A stretch of DNA of 64,000 nt. Origin: Geopsychrobacteraceae bacterium (GTDB lineage Bacteria > Desulfobacterota > Desulfuromonadia > Desulfuromonadales > Geopsychrobacteraceae). How positions within the stretch are numbered: the first letter of the stretch is position 1; each line of letters starts with the position of its first letter. Below the pieces are notes generated by a model. It made no database searches. It was not told where the DNA came from and saw only the letters and a program-made list of their open reading frames with translations. The translations under genes and the position numbers were made by a program. This document shows positions 10,181-17,703 of the stretch, piece after piece. Location of the stretch: positions 928,001-992,000 of the forward strand of contig CAXXTB010000002.1 in assembly GCA_963676795.2 (NCBI GenBank). Direction: 5' to 3'.

Positions 10181-11182
10181 ATGGATTCATTGACCCAGAT
10201 GACACTCGGGGCGGCAGTCGGTGAGGCGGTCCTCGGCCGGAAAATCGGTAAGAAAGCGCTGCTATTGGGAGCGCTCTGCGGGACTCTGCCCGATCTCGAT
10301 GTATTCATTCCTTATGCCGATCCGATCAGGTCCTTCACTTACCACAGGGGATTCAGTCACTCGCTCTTTGTCCTGACCCTGCTGACCCCGGTCATTGTCT
10401 GGCTGATTCTCAAGCTGCATCCGAGGATCAAAGATCACAGGAACGCCTTGCTCTGGCTGGTCTGGCTCAGCTTTATCACCCACATTCTGCTCGACTGCCT
10501 GACCGTTTACGGAACGCAGATCTTCTGGCCGCTCTGGAGCTATCCGGTCGGTTTCGGTTCGGTGTTTATCATCGATCCTTTTTATACGGTCCCGCTGCTG
10601 ACCGGGGTCATCGCTGCCCTGGTGATGAGCCGCAGTGGCCAGCGCGGCTTCCGCTTTAACGCCATCACACTGGGGTTGAGCAGCCTCTACCTGGTCTGGA
10701 GCCTTGCCGCACAATACTATGTGACCCAGGTCGTTGAAGCTTCACTGGCCAGCCGGTCGCTTGCCTATGACCGGCTGCTGGTCAGTGCCGGACCACTCAA
10801 CACCCTGCTGTGGCGGATCGTCGCCGTGCAGCCAGGCGGGGACTATATCGAGGGCTACTATTCGCTGGTCGACGGTGAGCGGAAACTGACCTTCAGTTTC
10901 CATGAAAGTCAGCAGGAATATCTCGCGCCGCTCTCCGGGCAATGGCCGGTGGAACGCTTGTCATGGTTTACCAAGGGGTTCTACAAGGTGACTCTAGAAG
11001 GGGACGAGGTGGTGATGACCGATCTGCGCATGGGGGCGGAACCAAGCTATGTGTTTTCCTTCGTTGTCGGCCACGCCTCTTTGCAGGCTCAGGCCCCGGC
11101 CGTCCGTCAGCTGGAATCCGGTCGCGATCTCGGTTTTTTAAAGAAGGCCTGGCAACGGCTCTGGTCAGCAGCGGAGAGCTAA
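10181..11182 (+). CDS. Metal-dependent inner-membrane hydrolase (YdjM/DUF457 family)
   Basis: MDSLTQ, TLPDLD, HRGFSHS, HILLD, YGTQIFWP. Confidence 0.9.
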   Translation: MDSLTQMTLGAAVGEAVLGRKIGKKALLLGALCGTLPDLDVFIPYADPIRSFTYHRGFSHSLFVLTLLTPVIVWLILKLHPRIKDHRNALLWLVWLSFITHILLDCLTVYGTQIFWPLWSYPVGFGSVFIIDPFYTVPLLTGVIAALVMSRSGQRGFRFNAITLGLSSLYLVWSLAAQYYVTQVVEASLASRSLAYDRLLVSAGPLNTLLWRIVAVQPGGDYIEGYYSLVDGERKLTFSFHESQQEYLAPLSGQWPVERLSWFTKGFYKVTLEGDEVVMTDLRMGAEPSYVFSFVVGHASLQAQAPAVRQLESGRDLGFLKKAWQRLWSAAES

Positions 11183-11194
11183 TGTTTCGGTTAG

Positions 11195-11368
11195 CTACGG
11201 CTTTTCTTCTTTTTCCTGTTTCTTCTGCGCGTCGGCATATCTCTGCCCCTGTTCACAGCTTGGTGTTTTAAGTGGGCATTTAAGCGGGCAGACCGGGCAG
11301 ATCTTTGTCTTATCTGTATCTTCTTTACCCGTTGCCGGTGCTCTGGCGGCTGAATGCTTTTCAGACAT
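11195..11368 (-). CDS. Small Cys-rich protein (57 aa, CxxCxxxCxxxxxxC)
   Basis: MSEKH...CPVCPLKCPLKTPSCEQG; aggaag RBS upstream of the ATG at 11368. Confidence 0.55.
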   Translation of the reverse strand: MSEKHSAARAPATGKEDTDKTKICPVCPLKCPLKTPSCEQGQRYADAQKKQEKEEKP

Positions 11369-11477
11369 AGCGATCTTCCTGTAACGAATGGACTCCTTGT
11401 ATTTGAACCGGACTGACATTGATGTGTCAATGCTAGATCGTGCCCATCCGGAAACTCCGGTGGGCACAACGTCGAGT

Positions 11478-11835
11478 CATGTCAGTCCTTAGTCCACGGA
11501 AATCACAGAAATCACGGAAAAAAAACTATTTGACCACAGAGGACACTGAGAAAGGGCATTGAAATTTAAAGGTCAGATCCTAAAAAGCAGGGTCATGTCA
11601 GTCTTTTGTCCACGAAAAAGCACGAAACTCACGGAAAAAATCAGAATCTGTTTCATCTCAGAGACACCGAGGTCCCGGAGAAAAGCTTAATCCGAAGGTT
11701 GCCTGTATTACTTATAACTCCTCCATTCCTGAAAACGCGAACCCGTCTGACTTTGTCTGTGTGGGTCTGTGGCCAAAAACAGATTTTCTCTGTGTCCTCA
11801 GCGTCTCTAGGGAGCGTAGCGAGCGGGCATGAGAA
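11478..11835. repeat. Family-A modular repeat cluster R1
   Basis: cacggaaat-cacagaaat-cacggaaaa; 11550-11834 is a close direct copy of 14449-14732. Confidence 0.9.
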
Positions 11836-11874
11836 GAGAAAAGCTATTATTGCTGAATCGAAGAGATGGTGTTC

Positions 11875-12216
11875 TTAACCGTTCCATGTCCGGTGAGGGC
11901 CGATATCGATATGGCGAAAGGTGCTGTATTTGCCGAGGCCGCCAATTTTGTTGTCATTGTACATCTTCAGACAGAGGTCAAAAAGGGACTGCCTTACAGA
12001 CAGGTGGGTGGTAATGTCTGCGGCATTTCCCAGGGTGTGCTGAGACTTTGGGGCACCACCGACCTCTTTGTTATGTTTTGCGCAACGATATCCGCTGGTG
12101 ACAGTGACAGAACTGCCAAGCTGCTGTTCAATGCCTTTTACCAGGCTGATCACTTTCTCCGAGATATTGTTTGCACAGCAGCAGGGGCAGGAAAAATCAC
12201 TTCTGGATACAGACAT
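11875..12216 (-). CDS. Peptidase M15A (YcbK/endolysin-like Zn peptidase)
   Basis: TSGYRC..HN..VGG...SQHTLGNAADI...FRHIDIG. Confidence 0.88.
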   Translation of the reverse strand: MSVSRSDFSCPCCCANNISEKVISLVKGIEQQLGSSVTVTSGYRCAKHNKEVGGAPKSQHTLGNAADITTHLSVRQSLFDLCLKMYNDNKIGGLGKYSTFRHIDIGPHRTWNG

Positions 12217-12236
12217 AAGTTGTGTGTCCTTTTCAT

Positions 12237-12740
12237 TTAGTCAATAAAACTGTGCTCGCCTGAGTATTTGTCTTTCAGAGATTTTTGCAGGGATCTGATT
12301 TTTTCCTGAAGTGCCTCTGTCCCTGTTTCATTTTTCAGTCTTTTGATCTCCAGATCTTTTTTCAAAAGTTCCAACTGCTGAAATGCGATGTAGCCTTCAA
12401 CATATTTGGCCCAGTTTGAAAAACCTATATTCTGCATATCCCAATCGAGAGATTGGATGTTTTTCAGGTCGTTACTGCTGACACTGAAGGTGAGCTTTTG
12501 ATCCTTAGGCAATCTGTTTCTGTAGAATGCGAGTTTCTGCTGCTCGGTTAGTTCTGCAGAACTATTGAGCAGAAGGTTGAGCAGGTTTCGATAATCGCTG
12601 AGAGCACCATTGATTTTGTTCATGACCTGCTCAGATTCCTCCTGGCTGAAGGAAATCTGTTGATCTTTTTCCTTTGCTGCGAAACAGCAAGAGCAGAAAA
12701 TGAAAATGCTTATAAAAAGAAAGATCAGTGATCTTAGCAT
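12237..12740 (-). CDS. Hypothetical exported protein
   Basis: AT-rich ORF, hydrophobic N-terminus ending CSCCFA, C-terminal coiled coil; start 12740 or 12752. Confidence 0.65.
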   Translation of the reverse strand: MLRSLIFLFISIFIFCSCCFAAKEKDQQISFSQEESEQVMNKINGALSDYRNLLNLLLNSSAELTEQQKLAFYRNRLPKDQKLTFSVSSNDLKNIQSLDWDMQNIGFSNWAKYVEGYIAFQQLELLKKDLEIKRLKNETGTEALQEKIRSLQKSLKDKYSGEHSFID

Positions 12741-12837
12741 GTATAGCTCCATTAATGAGTTTATTGCTCATATGATATAGCCATGTTAAATAAAGTCAAC
12801 GGTGTAGACGTCTTGAAAGGCAATTTGGGGTTCAAAA

Positions 12838-13140
12838 CCGCCCTTACGCAGAGCCGCAGAGAAAACCAGGCCAAATCCAAGGTCAAAGTTTCCATTCCTA
12901 TAAAGGGCCCAGTCTTTCTCGGTGTTCTCCGTGTCTCAAGCAACCGCAGGGCGCGGGTGGTGTCAGATTTTCCATGGAACAGACGAAAAATGTTCAGGAT
13001 TTTTTCACCACGGAGCCGCAAAGGGCCGGGAGAAAAGCTTAATCCGAAGGTTTGTCCCTGTGGGGCTGTGGCCCCAAAAACAGATCTTCTCTGTGTTCTC
13101 AGCGTCTTGAGAGAGTGTAGCGAGCGGGCGTGAGATCGGT
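12838..13140. repeat. Family-A modular repeat cluster R2
   Basis: cgcagagccgcagagaa; gagagagtgtagcgagcgggcgtgagatc at about 13109-13137. Confidence 0.88.
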
Positions 13141-13148
13141 TTGGGCGC

Positions 13149-13190
13149 TTGAAACTGAACTGTCTGGGGTATATACTCTTGGTATATATT
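13149..13190 (+). promoter_or_regulatory. vapBC sigma70 promoter with operator palindromes
   Basis: TTGAAA-17 nt-TATACT; GTATATAC and GTATATAT boxes overlap and follow the -10. Confidence 0.75.
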
Positions 13191-13202
13191 TTGGAGGCGC
13201 TT

Positions 13203-13430
13203 ATGAAAACAGCAAAATTATTTCAAAATGGAAAAAGTCAGGCCGTCAGGTTGCCGAAAGAGTTTCGCCTGGAAGGGACTGAGGTTTACATCAAGCAGGT
13301 CGGTAATGTCGTTCAACTCATTCCGATGACCGATTCCTGGAATAGTTTTCTGGCCAGCCTCGATAAATTCTCCCCGGATTTTATGGCCGACCGGGGGCAG
13401 CCTCCGCTGGAGAATCGGGAGGAGTTCTGA
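13203..13430 (+). CDS. vapB: VapB antitoxin (AbrB/SpoVT fold)
   Basis: MKTAKLFQNGKSQAVRLPKEFR; stop overlaps the vapC start (TGATG). Confidence 0.93.
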   Translation: MKTAKLFQNGKSQAVRLPKEFRLEGTEVYIKQVGNVVQLIPMTDSWNSFLASLDKFSPDFMADRGQPPLENREEF

Positions 13431-13837
13431 TGATTCTTCTCGATACAAACATCTGCATCTATATCATCAAGCGCAAGCCCGCTGAAGTTCTGAACCATTT
13501 TCAGAAGTATCATCCCGGAGATATTGGTCTCTCTTCGATCACCTTGGCGGAGCTGCACTACGGTGTCGCCAAGAGTCAGTCTCAACAACGTAACACTGAA
13601 GCTCTTTCGGAGTTTTTGATTCCTTTTGAAATCCTGCCATTCGGGAATGAGGCAACTCAAGCTTACGGAGTCATCAGAGCATCCCTTGAACGTGAGGGAA
13701 ACGTCATCGGCGCGATGGACCTGCTCATCGCTGCCCATGCGATTTCTCTTAATGCTGTTCTGGTGACCAACAACACCCGAGAGTTTGAACGCGTTCCGGG
13801 ATTAAAGCTGGAAAACTGGGTCAGTTCAACAAGCTGA
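13430..13837 (+). CDS. vapC: VapC PIN-domain toxin
   Basis: LLDTNICIY, ITLAELHYG, MDLLIAAHA, LVTNNTREFERVPGL. Confidence 0.95.
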   Translation: MILLDTNICIYIIKRKPAEVLNHFQKYHPGDIGLSSITLAELHYGVAKSQSQQRNTEALSEFLIPFEILPFGNEATQAYGVIRASLEREGNVIGAMDLLIAAHAISLNAVLVTNNTREFERVPGLKLENWVSSTS

Positions 13838-13857
13838 TGAGCCATAATTCAACAGCA

Positions 13858-14745
13858 TTTCACCACTAAAGTCACAGAGGACACTGAGATAGGGGCAATC
13901 TTTCTACGCGGCCTCTGCGTCTCGAGAGAGCGTAGCGAACGGGCGTGAGATCAAGCCTTAGATTGTCCACGGAAAACACGGAAACCACTGAAAAAATCAA
14001 ACACAGCCTCGCGCAGAGACGCGGAGGACACAGAGCCAGCGTCACCCTATGGCATAGGGGGGATTGAGGGGGGTGATTTTCTGTTACTATCAAGACATCT
14101 GTAGCAAAAGATTAAGGACGTCCTATCCGCCCTTATCCGCCTGTATCTGCGGCTAAAGACAGATTGAGGGTTTGCTCCGCGCCCTCTGCGCCTCGAGAGA
14201 GCAAAGCGAACGGGCGTGAGATTGGTTTTGAGCTGTTCTCTGAAGATAATCAAAATCAGTCTCGCGCAGAGCCGCAGAGAACGCTGAGATAACCAGGTCA
14301 ATTTCAGGTTCTATCCTGTTTATCCCTTGCATCCCTGTAAAAGAAAATGTTGAGTTTGCCTTTGTCCGCCTCTGTCTGTGGCCAATCCGCTTCAGGTCTT
14401 TCTTCGCGTTCTTCGCGACTTTGCGTGAGATAAAGATTGCCAGGTTGAGAAAGGGCATTGAAATTTAAAGGTCAGATCCTGAAAACAGGGTCATATCAGT
14501 CCTTCGTCCACGGAAAACACGAAACTCACGGAAAAAAATCAGAAGCTGTTTCACCACAGAGTCACTGAGGACTCTGAGAACAACTGAATCCGAAGGCTGC
14601 CTGTATTCCTTGTAACTCCTCCATTCCTGTAAACGGGAATCCGTCTGACTTTGTCCCTGTGGGTCTGTGGCCAAAAACAGATTTTCTCTGTGTTCTCTGC
14701 GTCTCGAGAGAGTGTAGCGAACGGGCGTGAGATCGGTTTTGGTTG
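13858..14745. repeat. Family-A modular repeat cluster R3 (largest, about 0.9 kb, non-coding)
   Basis: Three copies of ctcgagagagNNWagcgaacgggcgtgagat (near 13921, 14192, 14703) plus tatccgcccttatccgcctgtatctgcggc and cacggaaaacacg modules. Confidence 0.92.
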
Positions 14746-14817
14746 TCCTCCAATCCCTGCTAAATAATTCATTATTAAGTGACCCAGGTCACTAAGCTAT
14801 TAAAAACATTAAAATCC

Positions 14818-14846
14818 TTGATGGCCCTGATTTTCAGCAGTATAAC
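14818..14846 (+). promoter_or_regulatory. Putative sigma70 promoter of the defence block
   Basis: TTGATG-17 nt-TATAAC; near-palindrome AGTGACCCAGGTCACT at 14778-14793 upstream. Confidence 0.55.
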
Positions 14847-14938
14847 GGAAAAAGTATTTCATCACATGGAATGGGGTTAAGGGGGGGGTAACGGATGATC
14901 GGGCTCATAACAGATTGGATCTATCAGGACATCTGCCA

Positions 14939-15514
14939 ATGAGCTACTACGATCATAACGCCGATCAGTTCTTCACTGAAACCTTCTCCCTCGACATGAC
15001 CGAAATCTACGCGCCATTTCTGGCCCGCCTGCAACCCGGCAACAGAATCCTCGATGCCGGTTGCGGCTCCGGCCGCGATGCACTGGCCTTCAAACAGAGT
15101 GGTTTTGAGGTAGCAGCCTTCGATGCCAGCCCGCAGTTGGTCAAGCTGGCCCGTACGCAGACCGGCATCGCTGTGCAGTGTTCAAGCTTTCTTGATTTTC
15201 AGGAAAAACCCGATAGCTTTAACGGCATCTGGGCCTGTGCCTCGCTGCTGCATCTGCCTCCAGCGCAGCTGCAACAAACGTTTCTTCACCTGGCAACATT
15301 TCTTGCCCCCGGTGGAGTGTTCTACTGTTCCTTCAAATACGGTGACGACGAAATCGAACGTGGTGGCCGTTACTTCACCAACCTAAATGAAAAGCGCTTA
15401 CAAGATGTTATCCGCGTTACAGGTTTAGAGATCGACACAATCTGGCATACCGAAGACCGGCGATCGGAACGGGTAGGGGAGTTTTGGTTGAATGGATTGT
15501 TGGTGAAAATCTGA
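14939..15514 (+). CDS. Class I SAM-dependent methyltransferase
   Basis: ILDAGCGSGRD, FDAS, GIWACASLLH, YCSFKYG. Confidence 0.9.
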   Translation: MSYYDHNADQFFTETFSLDMTEIYAPFLARLQPGNRILDAGCGSGRDALAFKQSGFEVAAFDASPQLVKLARTQTGIAVQCSSFLDFQEKPDSFNGIWACASLLHLPPAQLQQTFLHLATFLAPGGVFYCSFKYGDDEIERGGRYFTNLNEKRLQDVIRVTGLEIDTIWHTEDRRSERVGEFWLNGLLVKI

Positions 15515-15526
15515 TATGAGGGGTTT

Positions 15527-16651
15527 ATGGCGCTTGAGGATTACATTGATAAATTCAGCCATCTGAACATGAACGCCAGTGGTGGACGCAAAAGTCCCCA
15601 TAAGGTCTGCATGTTGTTGGCGGTGATGGATCTGATTCAGGCGGGGAAGATTCACAGTAACCGGATTGAATTGGATAAGGTGCTCAGGGAGCGCTTTACC
15701 CATTACTTTGAGCAATTCCGTCAGGGGAATGACAGCGATAAACCGGAGTTGCCGTTCTTTCACCTACACAGTGAAGGCTTTTGGCAGCTGATCTATCAGA
15801 CTGGTTACTCAGCCGCTAACGTTGAAAGATATTCACAAAAAGCCGTTTCCCATGCGACTATCGATCAAGAGCTTTTCGATTATATGAAAAGCCCCATCGT
15901 CTCTAACGATCTCAAGATCGCCCTCACCGAAAACCTCACCAACTTGCCGGAACTGTTTACCCAATGGTTGCACACTATCGGCAAGTCGGACAAAACCGCC
16001 AAGAATTACCTGCAGGCGGTACAAAACTCGATTTCCAACTGGCTGGCCGATGCCGGACTGGTTTCCGAACCGCTGACGGAGATTAGATCTTATCGCAAGG
16101 TTTACGAGCTGACCGAAAAGGCCAAACAGCTGGATCAGTTCCAGGTGCGCGACAGCAAAGGCAATGGTATGTACAGCGCCGCGGTCAATTCCTATGTGTG
16201 TTTTCTCTCTGATCTGTCTCAGGTCGATCTCAAATCCGATGTTCAGCAGATCTTGGAAGACAAAGCCCTGACCGATACCGAAAAGACCATCATGACCAAT
16301 GCCCGCATGGGGCAGGGGCGGTTCCGGGAGCAGTTGGTTGCCATGTGGAATGGCTGTGCCGTGACCGGCTATGCCGATAAGCGCTTACTGGTCGCATCCC
16401 ATATCAAGCCGTGGAGTAAATCCAATAACCAAGAACGGCTGGATAAGTTCAACGGCCTGTTGCTGCTGGCCAATCTGGATAAGGCCTTTGATCTGGGGTT
16501 TATCTCGTTTGCGGATACTGGGCAGGTAATGATTTCCAGTCAGTTGGAACAGCCGGAGGTGTTAGGGATTAAAGAGGGGATGGCGTTTCATGTGTGGCCG
16601 GAGCATCGGCAGTACTTGGATTTTCATCGTAGTGGACTTTTTAGACAATAG
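15527..16651 (+). CDS. HNH endonuclease with N-terminal SBD-like domain (putative type IV restriction enzyme)
   Basis: N-terminal SPHKVCMLLA...LPFFHLHSEGFW; C-terminal CAVTG...ASHIKPWS...NGLLL. Confidence 0.82.
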   Translation: MALEDYIDKFSHLNMNASGGRKSPHKVCMLLAVMDLIQAGKIHSNRIELDKVLRERFTHYFEQFRQGNDSDKPELPFFHLHSEGFWQLIYQTGYSAANVERYSQKAVSHATIDQELFDYMKSPIVSNDLKIALTENLTNLPELFTQWLHTIGKSDKTAKNYLQAVQNSISNWLADAGLVSEPLTEIRSYRKVYELTEKAKQLDQFQVRDSKGNGMYSAAVNSYVCFLSDLSQVDLKSDVQQILEDKALTDTEKTIMTNARMGQGRFREQLVAMWNGCAVTGYADKRLLVASHIKPWSKSNNQERLDKFNGLLLLANLDKAFDLGFISFADTGQVMISSQLEQPEVLGIKEGMAFHVWPEHRQYLDFHRSGLFRQ

Positions 16652-16704
16652 CCTGAACCAAAGTTATGGGATGAATTGAAATTTCATGCTTTTCGGAGGG
16701 AAAG

Positions 16705-17547
16705 ATGGCACGACGTCGTACTTCAACAGCAGAAGACATTATGGAATTAACCAGTAAGCTGCCATGGTGGGGTGGTGTATTGCTGGCTATTATTTCTTTT
16801 ATTGTATTGCATTTTATCGCATCTAGACCGGTTACTCCGGTAACCGACCTGCAACAGATAGGGCATACTTTCGGTCAGCAAATTGGCAGAACTTTTGCCC
16901 TGTTCGGACAATTTATCCTGCCCATGTTGTTCTGTGTTGGCGCTTTGATCTCGTTTCTCAGACAGACGAAACAGCGAGACAATTATCGTAAGGTTGAAAA
17001 AGCTGAACCCGTTAATCCGCTCCTCAATATGTCCTGGCGCGAGTTTGAAGGACTGGTTGCAGAATTTTTTAAGAGACGTGGCTATGTCGTCAAATTGACC
17101 GGCGGTGACGGGCCAGACGGTGGGGTGGATGTTGTTCTAAGCAAAGGGAACGACAAGTATCTGGTCCAGTGTAAACAGTGGAAAGCGTATAAGGTCGGTG
17201 TCCAGATTGTTCGGGAGCTTTATGGCGTGATGTCAGCGACCGGGGCGGCGGGTGGCTTTGTTATAACTGCCGGGGAATTTACGCCGGATGCTATCGCTTT
17301 TGCAAAAGGTCTGAATATCAACCTTTTTAATGGTGCTCGATTACAGCAGATGATCCGTGATAATGACAAAGCTGCGGCACTTGAATTGGTGCAAGCTCAG
17401 GCGGAAATTGATGTACCGGTGATTCCCCGTTGTCCCAAATGTGGTGAATCTCTGGTCTTGCGCACAGCGCAGAAAGGCCCTAACGCCGGACAACAATTCT
17501 GGGGCTGTAGACGTTTTCCGCAATGTCGTGGTACTAGCCAAGTTTGA
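16705..17547 (+). CDS. Mrr-family restriction endonuclease with two N-terminal TM helices and a C-terminal C4 Zn finger
   Basis: SWREFEGLVAE, DGGVDV, LVQCKQW, CPKCG...FWGCRRFPQC. Confidence 0.88.
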   Translation: MARRRTSTAEDIMELTSKLPWWGGVLLAIISFIVLHFIASRPVTPVTDLQQIGHTFGQQIGRTFALFGQFILPMLFCVGALISFLRQTKQRDNYRKVEKAEPVNPLLNMSWREFEGLVAEFFKRRGYVVKLTGGDGPDGGVDVVLSKGNDKYLVQCKQWKAYKVGVQIVRELYGVMSATGAAGGFVITAGEFTPDAIAFAKGLNINLFNGARLQQMIRDNDKAAALELVQAQAEIDVPVIPRCPKCGESLVLRTAQKGPNAGQQFWGCRRFPQCRGTSQV

Positions 17548-17582
17548 ATGAGGCAAGGGCTGTAAAATATTGAAGTTAGGAA

Positions 17583-17629
17583 TCAAATCTGCTTTGCCTT
17601 TTGATAAAGCTAAGGGCAGATTTGACCCC
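17583..17629. repeat. REP-like palindrome ending in GACCCC
   Basis: tcaaatctgc ... gcagatttga-cccc. Confidence 0.55.
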
Positions 17630-17703
17630 TTTGCTTTTTTTGACCCATTATGTGCACAAGTGAGTGCTTAAATTTTTCAAGAATTTTGTTTATAGGGAAT
17701 GCG

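Noticed and set aside
13872..14772. Short ORFs over the repeat clusters (also 1863-2102, 11606-11878, 12761-13133, 26541-27061, 27408-27605)
   Set aside because: They translate repeat modules in different frames and strands (recurring HARSL/FSVFSAS-type peptides) without consistent starts or RBSs.
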